Of a stretch of DNA of 64,000 bases, positions 1-8,462 are shown one piece after another. A program made the translations under genes and the position numbers. Each line of letters begins with the position of its first letter. Position 1 is the first letter of the stretch. The notes under the pieces are model-generated. The model was not told the origin of the DNA and did no database searches. It saw only the letters and a list, made by a program, of their open reading frames with translations. The DNA lies in the IMG/VR virus record IMGVR_UViG_3300046804_005798, positions 1 through 64,000 of that record. One strand, 5' to 3'. This DNA comes from a virus.

Positions 1-1
1 T

Positions 2-70
2 GGATATGTTCCTCTTTCGGGAAGTGTTCTGAACAAAGCACGTCTTGCTGTTGGTCGTATTGGTAACTGA
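2..70 (+). CDS. pstS: C-terminal fragment of probable phosphate-binding protein PstS (partial, starts before window)
   Basis: Frame 2 reads GYVPLSGSVLNKARLAVGRIGN*, resembling the GYVPL...A...I C-terminus of cyanobacterial/cyanophage PstS; only 22 aa visible. Confidence 0.55.
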   Translation, partial: GYVPLSGSVLNKARLAVGRIGN

Positions 71-100
71 TATACATAAAATAAATTATCACATACCGAT

Positions 101-460
101 ATGAAATATCCAATCATTTTTGCTTTTGCTTCTATGATTGCTGGTCCTGCTTTTGCAGGACCTTTTGTAAACGTTGAAGCAAATGCAGCACTTTCTGGTT
201 CCAGTTATGCTGGAACTATTACTGAAGCACACGCAGGATATGAGGGTTCTTCGGGAAACTTCTCATATTATGGACAGATTGGACCTGCACTAGTTACTCC
301 TGATGGTGGAGATACTGATGTTCAACTATCTGGTAAGATTGGTGGTGGAGTAGATGTCACTGAAAAACTTAATGTTTATGGTGAATACTGGGCACTAACT
401 GGTGGTGAGGTTGAGAACCTGACTTCTAATTTTAAACTTGGAGTAAAGTATTCATTTTAA
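101..460 (+). CDS. Small outer-membrane beta-barrel-like exported protein
   Basis: Signal peptide (..AGPAFA), alternating amphipathic strands, C-terminal GVKYSF aromatic motif. Confidence 0.6.
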   Translation: MKYPIIFAFASMIAGPAFAGPFVNVEANAALSGSSYAGTITEAHAGYEGSSGNFSYYGQIGPALVTPDGGDTDVQLSGKIGGGVDVTEKLNVYGEYWALTGGEVENLTSNFKLGVKYSF

Positions 461-499
461 TTTAGTAAGCATTTATACTTAATCTAGTCAGGATTTTCT

Positions 500-529
500 A
501 ACAAGGGTGGGTTTCCCCCCTTGTTTTTT
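500..529 (+). terminator. Rho-independent terminator
   Basis: AACAAGGG...CCCTTGTT stem followed by T run. Confidence 0.7.
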
Positions 530-543
530 CTTTAGGTTTCCTA

Positions 544-570
544 TATAATTCTGTAACAGTTCTTTACAAA
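544..570 (+). promoter_or_regulatory. -10 box plus HLR1-like (RpaB-type) direct repeat upstream of hli
   Basis: TATAAT at 544-549, then GTAACAGT-TC-TTTACAAA at 553-570. Confidence 0.45.
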
Positions 571-576
571 GGAATT

Positions 577-786
577 ATGACGGTAACAACTAATGATCGT
601 GGGCAACAGAATATGTGGGCAAAAGAACCTTCGATGTATATGACCAAGGAAGACCTTGAGCGTTATGGTATTGAACCTTACGCTGAGAAAGCGGAGCGTT
701 TAAACGGACGCACCGCGATGATTGGATTTGTATCAGCAATTCTTTCATATGCTCTTACTGGAAAACTTTTCTTTGGTATTATTTGA
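577..786 (+). CDS. hli: High-light-inducible protein
   Basis: AERLNGRTAMIGF chlorophyll-binding motif, C-terminal TGKLFFGII. Confidence 0.93.
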   Translation: MTVTTNDRGQQNMWAKEPSMYMTKEDLERYGIEPYAEKAERLNGRTAMIGFVSAILSYALTGKLFFGII

Positions 787-840
787 GTTTTAATTTTACA
801 TACCATACATTATAAATAATATAAAATATATGTTTGGTAT

Positions 841-1341
841 ATGAAATCTCTTTACAGCATCGGTGATAAAATACACCGACTTACTATCAAAGGAAAAACA
901 GTTTGCACTACCCCAAGTGGAAGAAATCGTTCTCATTATATTTGTGAATGTGAATGTGGAAATGAAGTAAAGGTTGAGGGATATAACCTCAATAATGGTC
1001 GTTATAAATCCTGTGGATGTAAAAGAGCATCTGCTGGTGGAATATCTAACACAAAAAAGTATAGAATGTGGAAATCTGCACAAGAGCGTGCTATTAAAAA
1101 AGGATTAGAATTTTCTATACGAGTTGAAGATATTGAAATACCAAAAAATTGCCCTTTGTTGAACATAACACTCATTGAAGGTGATAGAGAATACACTCCT
1201 TCACTTGATAGAATTGATAGTAAAAAAGGATATACTCCAGACAATGTGTGGGTTATATCTCATAGAGCAAATCAAATAAAAAATGATGCTACACTTGAAG
1301 AATTAAAACTCATAACAGAAAACCTATCAAAAATAACTTGA
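841..1341 (+). CDS. HNH-like endonuclease (putative homing endonuclease)
   Basis: N-terminal CECECG...SCGC zinc motif; C-terminal PSLDRIDSKKGYTPDNVWVISHRANQIK HNH-like motif; TATAAATA upstream. Confidence 0.75.
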   Translation: MKSLYSIGDKIHRLTIKGKTVCTTPSGRNRSHYICECECGNEVKVEGYNLNNGRYKSCGCKRASAGGISNTKKYRMWKSAQERAIKKGLEFSIRVEDIEIPKNCPLLNITLIEGDREYTPSLDRIDSKKGYTPDNVWVISHRANQIKNDATLEELKLITENLSKIT

Positions 1342-1343
1342 CA

Positions 1344-1430
1344 ATGACTTCAATTATCTTTACAATTACTAGTGTCGCCTTCTTTGTTTTGTTGGCACAC
1401 TCCGTAAATCAACTATCAGAAACTTATTAA
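1344..1430 (+). CDS. Small single-TM hypothetical protein (28 aa)
   Basis: MTSIIFTITSVAFFVLLAHSVNQLSETY fills the gap exactly between neighbouring genes. Confidence 0.5.
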   Translation: MTSIIFTITSVAFFVLLAHSVNQLSETY

Positions 1431-1433
1431 TTT

Positions 1434-1724
1434 ATGTCTTACAATGTTACTCTCCGCTCTCCCGATGGCACCGAAACCACTATCCAATGTGATGCGGATA
1501 CTTACATTCTTGACGCAGCAGAGGAAGCAGAAGTTGAACTTCCATACTCATGCCGCGCTGGTGCTTGTTCCTCTTGTGCTGGTAAGGTAATTGAAGGAAC
1601 TGTTGATAATGAAGATCAAACATTCTTGGATGACGATCAACTTGCAGATGGTTTCATTCTCACTTGCACTGCATATCCTAAGTCAGATTGCGTTATCCTG
1701 ATCGAACAAGAGGAAAATCTGTGA
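1434..1724 (+). CDS. petF: Plant-type [2Fe-2S] ferredoxin
   Basis: [16 protein letters not shown]...LTC motif. Confidence 0.96.
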   Translation: MSYNVTLRSPDGTETTIQCDADTYILDAAEEAEVELPYSCRAGACSSCAGKVIEGTVDNEDQTFLDDDQLADGFILTCTAYPKSDCVILIEQEENL

Positions 1725-1933
1725 GTGCTGGTATGCTTGGGCAATTTAATCTTGCCCTTCAAGAACTTGTAGAAAGTGGTGCTTGGGATCGAGATGTAGA
1801 ACTAGAAGTCAAGATCGCAGGAACTCTTAAAAACGATAAGTTCATAGTTATTAAACCAATTAAAGAAAAACTGGTCTGTAACTCAGATCCAGAACTTAAA
1901 CAAAAACACCCTTATCAAGGAGAAAAACAATGA
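1721..1933 (+). CDS. Hypothetical protein
   Basis: GTG start overlapping petF stop, 70-aa open frame. Confidence 0.6.
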   Translation: MSAGMLGQFNLALQELVESGAWDRDVELEVKIAGTLKNDKFIVIKPIKEKLVCNSDPELKQKHPYQGEKQ

Positions 1934-2037
1934 ATGAAAGAGCAGAACGTATTAATGGATGGGCAGCAATGATTGGTATTGTTGCTGCAATGGGCAGTTA
2001 TGCTGCAACTGGTCAAATTATTCCGGGCATTTGGTGA
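1930..2037 (+). CDS. hli: High-light-inducible protein (35 aa, absent from ORF track)
   Basis: [35 protein letters not shown], with AERxNG and TGQIIPG motifs. Confidence 0.93.
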   Translation: MNERAERINGWAAMIGIVAAMGSYAATGQIIPGIW

Positions 2038-2048
2038 TGGAGGTTAAA

Positions 2049-2576
2049 ATGCGTAAAGAACAATATCAGGTTCCTCAAGTACAGTTTCAATTTCGTGAAA
2101 ACGGTGAATTTGTAACTCGTACATCTTCCGAACTTTTCAATGGAAAGCGTGTGGTCATTTTTAGTCTGCCTGGTGCTTTCACTCCTACTTGCAGTGCCTA
2201 TCAGCTACCTGGATTCGAAGAGAAATACGACGACTTTATTGGTCTTGGCATCGACGATATTTACTGCATCTCTGTTAATGATGGGTTTGTGATGAATGCA
2301 TGGGCACAAGACCAAAACATTGGAAAAGTAAAACTAATTCCAGATGGCAATGCATATTTTACACGTTCTATGGGAATGCTTGTCAATAAGTCCAACCTTG
2401 GTTTCGGTGATCGGTCTTGGCGTTATGCTGCAGTCGTGGATAACGGAATCATCGAAAAACTATTCATTGAAGTGGGGCAACGGGACAATGCCGACACCGA
2501 CCCTTATGAGCAGACTACTCCGGAGAATGTTTTTGAATATGTGAAAACTACAGTTCGAGAAACTGTTGCTGCTTGA
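2049..2576 (+). CDS. Peroxiredoxin (type II / Prx5-like)
   Basis: FSLPGAFTPTCS peroxidatic motif, SVNDGFVMNAW, RSWRYA. Confidence 0.93.
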   Translation: MRKEQYQVPQVQFQFRENGEFVTRTSSELFNGKRVVIFSLPGAFTPTCSAYQLPGFEEKYDDFIGLGIDDIYCISVNDGFVMNAWAQDQNIGKVKLIPDGNAYFTRSMGMLVNKSNLGFGDRSWRYAAVVDNGIIEKLFIEVGQRDNADTDPYEQTTPENVFEYVKTTVRETVAA

Positions 2577-2584
2577 AAAGAATC

Positions 2585-2617
2585 AAAGCGTCCAAAAGGG
2601 CGCTTTTTTTATAAATA
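2585..2617 (+). terminator. Terminator fused to T4-type late promoter
   Basis: AAAGCGTCC-AAAA-GGGCGCTTT + T run, then TATAAATA at 2610-2617. Confidence 0.75.
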
Positions 2618-2642
2618 CATTCAGTGTTTATAGAAGTATTCA

Positions 2643-3314
2643 ATGACCTTAGATCTTCATAACTTTTTTAAGTATTATGATGATGGTAATTCGAATCACG
2701 TAGCAGCGGTTCAGTGGTTAGAGGATAACCTTCCCGCTCAATTCATGGACGATTCGGAGACAGAGTGGGTTTCAATTTTCAGAACAAAGCCACCAGCTCC
2801 AGAAGTTCTTGCAGTTCCATACTTTAACCAAGTAGATAACTACAGAGATGCACATAGAACTTGCAACTCTTCATCATGTGCTATGTGTCTTGCGTTCCTC
2901 AAGCCAGGAAGCATTAAAGGTGATGACGAATACGTTAAGAAAGTATTTGAGATTGGCGATACAACTGACCATGCCGTACAGACGAAGGTTCTGGCAGCTT
3001 ATGGTGTTAAGTCACACTTTAGTTACAATCTATCTTTTGCTGATATCGATAAAAGTCTGGACGCTGGGAAGCCCGTTGTTATTGGCATACTCCATAGGGG
3101 TTCTCTTTCTGCACCTACTGGTGGGCACATGTGTGTTGTAATTGGCAAGACACCAGATGGTAAAGGATATTATGTAAATGATCCATATGGATCATGTAAT
3201 GATAATTATACTGGGCCAGTAACAAATGGTAAGAAGACCATTTATACCAAAGCAATGCTCAAAGCACGTTGGTGCCCAGGAGGCAACGATGGATGGGGAA
3301 GAATTTTCGATTAA
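2643..3314 (+). CDS. C39-like cysteine peptidase with N-terminal domain shared with the neighbouring lysozyme
   Basis: VPYFNQ..RTCNSSSCAM, GGHMCVVIG, VNDPYG (Cys-His-Asp). Confidence 0.85.
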   Translation: MTLDLHNFFKYYDDGNSNHVAAVQWLEDNLPAQFMDDSETEWVSIFRTKPPAPEVLAVPYFNQVDNYRDAHRTCNSSSCAMCLAFLKPGSIKGDDEYVKKVFEIGDTTDHAVQTKVLAAYGVKSHFSYNLSFADIDKSLDAGKPVVIGILHRGSLSAPTGGHMCVVIGKTPDGKGYYVNDPYGSCNDNYTGPVTNGKKTIYTKAMLKARWCPGGNDGWGRIFD

Positions 3315-3412
3315 TTTTAAGAGGAAGATCTTACAAAGAATCAAAGATCTTACGAATCACGGCAAGCACGTAGAGGCAAATCAACTTTATCAAAAGTATT
3401 TCGGAGGGCAAA

Positions 3413-4105
3413 ATGGCAAGGATTGATTTACACAACTTTTTTAAATTCTATGATGATAGAAATCCTAATCATGTTAAAGCAGTTCAGTGGTTAGAGGATC
3501 ATCTACCAAATAAGTTTCTTGAGGATAATGTAGACTGGGCTGAAATCTATCGAGGAAAAAAGTCTAGTGCTGCAGTAGCATCTACATCAACTTCTTCTGC
3601 TCCTGCAGCATCTTCTTCACCTGCATCTGTAGGTGGTGATGATGTGCCAATGATGGGAATTAAGTTAATCAAGGAATTTGAAGGTTGTAGGCTGGATGCT
3701 TATCCGGATCCCCTCAGTGGTAATTTACCAATCACTATTGGTTGGGGTTGCACCCGTAAAAAAGATGGATCACCATTTCATATGGGCGATAAAATTACCC
3801 AATCAGAAGCAGATGAACTTCTGATTGATGAGTGTAAAAAGCACTTTTTACCCTCACTTCGTAAAATTCCACACTGGGGAGAAATGTCAGATGGTAAACG
3901 CGGAGCACTTCTCAGTTTTGCTTATAATCTTGGCGCTGGTTTCTACGGCGGCGATAACTTTAATACTATTACTAAACGCTTGAAGAATAAAGAGTGGGAT
4001 TTAGTTCCCGATGCATTGTATCTCTACAGAAATCCTGGTTCAAATGTAGAAGCAGGACTTGCCCGTAGAAGAAAGGCTGAAGGTGAAGCTTGGAAAAAAG
4101 GTTAA
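3413..4105 (+). CDS. Phage lysozyme (GH24) / endolysin
   Basis: IKEFEGCRLDAYPDP..TIGWG, ALLSFAYNLG, GLARRRKAE. Confidence 0.92.
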   Translation: MARIDLHNFFKFYDDRNPNHVKAVQWLEDHLPNKFLEDNVDWAEIYRGKKSSAAVASTSTSSAPAASSSPASVGGDDVPMMGIKLIKEFEGCRLDAYPDPLSGNLPITIGWGCTRKKDGSPFHMGDKITQSEADELLIDECKKHFLPSLRKIPHWGEMSDGKRGALLSFAYNLGAGFYGGDNFNTITKRLKNKEWDLVPDALYLYRNPGSNVEAGLARRRKAEGEAWKKG

Positions 4106-4123
4106 CTTTACAAACTCACTAAA

Positions 4124-4537
4124 ATGGACCCTCAAAAGAAAAGAGAAACTTGTATGAGTCAAATTATTCGTATTGCTATTTTGGGTTGGTCTGCCGCACT
4201 TCTTACGGCAAGTTATGCTGGGGCTCTTGCTAAAATGGACCCAACATTTATTGCTACTGTGTTTACTGCGTCCGCAGCAACATTTGGAATTAATACTATG
4301 AAGAAAGGTGGAGATGATGATGATGAAAAAAAGTCTGAAGCAAAAAGAGAGGAGTTTGTAGAAGCACCTCCAATACCTGCTGCAGAGGCAGTGGTAGAGG
4401 AAGTTGTTGAGCAAACAGTAAGTGAAGAACCATTAGTTCAAACTGGTTATAAAGAAGAAACTTCTCTTGAAGAAAGAGTTGAAGCTCTAGAAGCGAAGGT
4501 TGATGAAGAAAAACCCTATTCAAGAGGAGATCTCTGA
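4124..4537 (+). CDS. Two-TM membrane protein with acidic tail (holin candidate)
   Basis: Two hydrophobic segments then a charged C-terminus; directly after endolysin. Confidence 0.5.
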   Translation: MDPQKKRETCMSQIIRIAILGWSAALLTASYAGALAKMDPTFIATVFTASAATFGINTMKKGGDDDDEKKSEAKREEFVEAPPIPAAEAVVEEVVEQTVSEEPLVQTGYKEETSLEERVEALEAKVDEEKPYSRGDL

Positions 4538-4653
4538 TGTCAAAATCTGCTAATAAAAGTAAAAAAGGTGGAGCGGGTTCTGCCAATAACAAAAAGCAAA
4601 ATTCTGGTAATGCCAATGCTAAAAAAGCAAAGAATGGTGGTAAGAAAAAGTGA
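4537..4653 (+). CDS. Small Lys/Asn/Gly-rich basic protein (38 aa)
   Basis: TGATG overlap, GAGGAG SD, MSKSANKSKKGGAGSANNKKQNSGNANAKKAKNGGKKK. Confidence 0.6.
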   Translation: MSKSANKSKKGGAGSANNKKQNSGNANAKKAKNGGKKK

Positions 4654-4756
4654 TAGAATTTATCGCTTTTATGATTATAGGTTATGTGGAAATTTCTCCA
4701 GGTGAATGTCAAGTTGAATATCTTCGTTATAATGAAATACACTCACTAGTTGTACC

Positions 4757-4957
4757 ATGTCAAGAGAATGGAACACTCCTAAAAGGGAGTGTTGGAATGC
4801 TCCAATCCACAAAATACTCCAAGCCATAGACAATCACACCCGTCTTTTTATGGAGACGGGTGATTTTTGGCATGAAGAACAGGCCCAGATCTTGAGAAAA
4901 TATGTAAAAGATTTGAAAGTCTGGATACACAAAGAAGAAGGATGGTGGGATGAATGA
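4757..4957 (+). CDS. Hypothetical protein
   Basis: 66-aa ORF, stop overlaps next start. Confidence 0.65.
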   Translation: MSREWNTPKRECWNAPIHKILQAIDNHTRLFMETGDFWHEEQAQILRKYVKDLKVWIHKEEGWWDE

Positions 4958-5700
4958 AAAAAATTCTCACAGCAATCGGTTTATCATTAAGTCTAACTCT
5001 TCCAGTATATGCTGATAAGTTGTTAAGCACACAACCCACAGTGAGACCATATAGTGCAGAAGCAATGGGTTGTATGATACTTTTGGAGTGTACTGAAGGT
5101 CTTGAAAAACTATCGACAGAATCAGAATTTTTAAAGAGTGAAGATTTTGCTCCATTTAGAGATGAAATTATTAGAGTTATAACTGCTCTCAATAAACTTG
5201 AAGTTCCTGTTTATGTCGCACCAGAAAGATATTTTACTCCAAGAACAGTAGGATTATACAAACCAAACTATAATCGTTTCTTCATTAATGAAATTCTTCT
5301 TAAAGATCCAAGAGAATTTTTAGGAACACTTCGTCACGAAGGTTGGCATACAGTTCAAGATTGTATGGGTGGTGGACTACAAACTTCATTTATGGCACAA
5401 GTACATCAGGATAGTGAGATACCTGCTTGGTTAATGAAGATGACTAAACTTACTTATGAATCGATGATGCAAAGTCGTGCAGTTCCATGGGAAGCAGATG
5501 CTAATTGGGCAGAAGAACAGTCAAATGTAACTGCTGAAAAATTAGAGATGTGTGCAAAAGGTCCCTTGTGGGATCAAATTCGTCCAACTCCTTTGACTAT
5601 GGATTGGTTGATTGGATGTGGATTTATGAAACCACAAGACGGTTTATACCCCTACTATCCAAACAAGAAAGTACAATATTGTACGGAAGGTAAATACTAG
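4954..5700 (+). CDS. Exported putative zinc metallopeptidase-like protein
   Basis: Signal peptide; LRHEGWHTVQD HExxH motif and downstream WEADA. Confidence 0.6.
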   Translation: MKKILTAIGLSLSLTLPVYADKLLSTQPTVRPYSAEAMGCMILLECTEGLEKLSTESEFLKSEDFAPFRDEIIRVITALNKLEVPVYVAPERYFTPRTVGLYKPNYNRFFINEILLKDPREFLGTLRHEGWHTVQDCMGGGLQTSFMAQVHQDSEIPAWLMKMTKLTYESMMQSRAVPWEADANWAEEQSNVTAEKLEMCAKGPLWDQIRPTPLTMDWLIGCGFMKPQDGLYPYYPNKKVQYCTEGKY

Positions 5701-5718
5701 TAGTTGAATATAAAAAAA

Positions 5719-6192
5719 ATGAGTGAAGTTCAGTTCAAGAAGCACAGAGTATTCCGTGAAACAGATGCAGTTGTTTTCTATGATATATCGGTCGAGCATT
5801 CAAATGCTCAGGATCTGGTTGTTCACACTGGTCCGGCTATCAGTCCTCCTGATGATATTGTAGGAGCAAAACAATTTTATATTCATTATCACCAGGTAGA
5901 CCATAATCGTGTTCTATCTGGACTTCGCACGTTTGAACTTGTAAATCCAGAGTGGAGATACCCCTATCATATCGTCCATCTCAATCGTTCTTCTGGTGCT
6001 CTTGTCATTCCTAAGATGACTTATCATCGTTCATATTCTGGTGAAGATGGATCTATCGTGATTAACCAAGCAATCCGCGATGATGAGTTTAATCCAGAGA
6101 CAGAATTTGTTCCAGTATCTGCAGCAAAGAATCATGATCTTTATCACATTCTTGCACACGAAAAACCAGTTATTCATACCCTTGGAGAATAA
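5719..6192 (+). CDS. Cupin-like protein
   Basis: FYIHYHQVDH...LVIPKMTYHRS two-motif cupin pattern. Confidence 0.6.
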   Translation: MSEVQFKKHRVFRETDAVVFYDISVEHSNAQDLVVHTGPAISPPDDIVGAKQFYIHYHQVDHNRVLSGLRTFELVNPEWRYPYHIVHLNRSSGALVIPKMTYHRSYSGEDGSIVINQAIRDDEFNPETEFVPVSAAKNHDLYHILAHEKPVIHTLGE

Positions 6193-6297
6193 TGGATCAA
6201 TTTCCTTGGGGTGTTGTAATTATTTTATCTTGTGGTCTTGCCTTTACTGCATACATCATTTACTACATACTAAAGTTAGCATCTGAGGAGATGAAAG

Positions 6298-6504
6298 ATG
6301 AAGAACCTAGCAATCATTCTGTCGGCAACGAGTCTGGCAATTAGTGGAGCACTTTGTTATGGTGCCTATGTAACTTATAAAAAAGCAGAAGCAATTCTCA
6401 ATAATCCTGAAGAGTTTGTTGGTGCTGTTGTAGAGAAAAAAATTAAAAGCACTCTACCAATTTTTAAAACAAATAAAGAAAATAAATTTGGATTTCCATT
6501 CTAA
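6298..6504 (+). CDS. Small membrane-anchored hypothetical protein
   Basis: N-terminal TM, GAGGAG SD. Confidence 0.6.
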   Translation: MKNLAIILSATSLAISGALCYGAYVTYKKAEAILNNPEEFVGAVVEKKIKSTLPIFKTNKENKFGFPF

Positions 6505-6597
6505 ATACTAATGCTTATGTGTGGTAACTTAAGCAAAAGATTGGGGGCAGAAATGCCTCTTTTCTTGTATAAATAATATTACCACACATAAAGCAGT
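6501..6597 (+). promoter_or_regulatory. Promoter-hairpin-terminator-promoter cassette A (putative antisense sRNA)
   Basis: CTAAATA 6501; TGCTTA/TAAGCA hairpin; GGGGCA-GAAA-TGCCTC-TTTT terminator; TATAAATA 6568; leader complementary to hairpin loop. Confidence 0.7.
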
Positions 6598-7269
6598 ATG
6601 AATAACTATTACACTTACGCATACTTGCGTGAAGATAAAACTCCCTATTACATCGGCAAGGGTAAAGGTAATAGAGTATATTCTAAAGGTAGAAGAGTAT
6701 TTTTACCTCCTAAAGATAGGTCTAGAATTATATTTCTCAAACAAAATCTTACTGAAGATGAAGCATTTAAGCACGAAATTTATATGATTGGTGTGTTTGG
6801 TAGGAAAGATCTTGGAACTGGTATTCTTCACAATAAAACCAATGGTGGCGATGGATTGAAAAATCCTTCAGAAAAAACCAAAGAAAAATTAAGCAAAGCA
6901 CGACAAGGAAAACCTCTTTCTGAAGAACATAAAAGAAAAATAAGTGAAAAGATGAAAGGTAGAATTCTTTCAGAAGAGCATAAAGAAAAACTGAGTGAAG
7001 TAAAACGGGGTATAATTTTTTCAGAAGAAAGTAAAAGAAAAATGAGTGAATCTCAAAAGGGTAAAACTCTATCAGAAGAACATAAGAAAAAAATAGGAGA
7101 ATCTGGAAGGGGAAGAATACATTCTGATGAAAGTAAAAAGAAAATGAGCGAAAAACTTAAAGGGAAAACTCTTTCAGAAGAACATAAAAGAAAAATTAGT
7201 GAAAAACTTAAAGGGAGAACTCTCTCAGAAGAGCATAAAAGAAAAATTGTTAGACGAAAATCTAAATAG
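6598..7269 (+). CDS. GIY-YIG-like homing endonuclease with NUMOD3 repeats
   Basis: YYTYAY...[16 protein letters not shown], then about 8 repeats of the 17-aa [15 protein letters not shown] unit. Confidence 0.85.
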   Translation: MNNYYTYAYLREDKTPYYIGKGKGNRVYSKGRRVFLPPKDRSRIIFLKQNLTEDEAFKHEIYMIGVFGRKDLGTGILHNKTNGGDGLKNPSEKTKEKLSKARQGKPLSEEHKRKISEKMKGRILSEEHKEKLSEVKRGIIFSEESKRKMSESQKGKTLSEEHKKKIGESGRGRIHSDESKKKMSEKLKGKTLSEEHKRKISEKLKGRTLSEEHKRKIVRRKSK

Positions 7270-7292
7270 TAAGAGTATATAAAATTAAAAAA

Positions 7293-7724
7293 ATGGCGGA
7301 TAGAGACCCATACATTTATAGAATCAAAGAGATTCATAAGGTTGTAGATGGAGATACAATAGATGCGTCAATTGATTTGGGGTTTGATATAAGTTTAGAA
7401 AAAAGGATTCGTCTTGCTGGTGTCGATACCCCAGAAAGTCGCACGGCAGATGCGAATGAAAAGAAATATGGACTTGAATCAAAAGAATGGTTGAAGCATC
7501 GTTGTGAAGGTGCTAAGAACATTCTCATTAAGACTGAACTTCCAGACTCCACAGAAAAGTATGGAAGAATCATTGGACATTTGTTTATTAATGATGAGGC
7601 AACTTCACTAAACAACCAGATGATTGCTGAAGGTTATGCCTGGGAATACTCAGGAGGAACCAAAGTAAAAGATTTTGAAAAACTTAAACAAATTCGCAAA
7701 TCAAAAGGAACTCTGGTAGAATAA
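7293..7724 (+). CDS. Thermonuclease (SNase-like) family protein
   Basis: VVDGDTID...IRLAGVDTPESR...KYGRIIG...EGYA. Confidence 0.9.
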   Translation: MADRDPYIYRIKEIHKVVDGDTIDASIDLGFDISLEKRIRLAGVDTPESRTADANEKKYGLESKEWLKHRCEGAKNILIKTELPDSTEKYGRIIGHLFINDEATSLNNQMIAEGYAWEYSGGTKVKDFEKLKQIRKSKGTLVE

Positions 7725-7818
7725 ATAGTAATACCTGTGTGGTTCGCATCTATCAGGTAGAAGGGGTGCTTCGGCACCTTTTCTTGTATAAATAGTATTG
7801 CGAACCATAACAGAGTAG
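7721..7818 (+). promoter_or_regulatory. Promoter-hairpin-terminator-promoter cassette B (putative antisense sRNA)
   Basis: ATAAATA 7721; TACCTG/CAGGTA hairpin; GGTGC-TTCG-GCACC-TTTT terminator; TATAAATA 7787; leader complementary to hairpin loop. Confidence 0.7.
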
Positions 7819-8265
7819 ATGAAACACATTCACCATATTGTGCCTAAACATATGGGAGGCACGGATGACCCTATCAATCTTATAGAGTTGAGTGTAGAAG
7901 AACACGCAGAAGCACATAGAAAACTCTATGAGGAATATGGTAATGAATATGATAGGATTGCTTATGAAGCACTATCGGGAATGATAAAAAAGGAAGAAGT
8001 AATACAACAAGTATTGAGTGAGGCAGGAAAAAGAGGAGGTGCTCCAAAAGGTAGAGTTCCTTGGAATAAAGGAAAGAAAGGAGTTCAAAAAAATCCTTAT
8101 CTTGTTGAACTTAATAAAAGCAGAAAAGGAAAATCTATTAGTGATGAAGCAAAAGCAAAAGTTAGTGCTGCTAATAAAGGAAGAAAAAGACCAGATTTGG
8201 TAGAAAGAAATAAAAAAAGAAAAGGAACCTATATAAGCAGGGATGATAAAGGAAGATTTATATGA
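7819..8265 (+). CDS. HNH homing endonuclease
   Basis: HHIVPKHMGGTDDPINLIELSVEEHAEAH; basic NUMOD-like tail (PWNKG). Confidence 0.85.
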   Translation: MKHIHHIVPKHMGGTDDPINLIELSVEEHAEAHRKLYEEYGNEYDRIAYEALSGMIKKEEVIQQVLSEAGKRGGAPKGRVPWNKGKKGVQKNPYLVELNKSRKGKSISDEAKAKVSAANKGRKRPDLVERNKKRKGTYISRDDKGRFI

Positions 8266-8462
8266 TTTACTTTAATATTGTTAGACTATTCATCATTATC
8301 TGGGCTGCATTAATGATTTCTGCTGTTGAGTCTGTTGCAATTAGAACAGAAGGGCAGGTAGAACTTGAAAGTACAAATCGTGATGCTTATGCAAAAGTAC
8401 TCGTTCTTGCAGTCGGTTCTTTTCTTGGAGATGCTGCTTTTAAGTTGAAGGGAAAAAAATAA
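8262..8462 (+). CDS. Small membrane protein
   Basis: Two hydrophobic stretches; ATGA overlap with upstream stop. Confidence 0.6.
   Translation: MIYFNIVRLFIIIWAALMISAVESVAIRTEGQVELESTNRDAYAKVLVLAVGSFLGDAAFKLKGKK

Noticed and set aside
1959-2048. Cys-rich N-terminal extension of peroxiredoxin in the ORF track
   Set aside because: It is an off-frame reading of the hli gene at 1930-2037; the real start is 2049 (or 2037)
6880-7250. 51-nt periodic repeat as a non-coding array
   Set aside because: Encodes NUMOD3 DNA-binding repeats of the endonuclease
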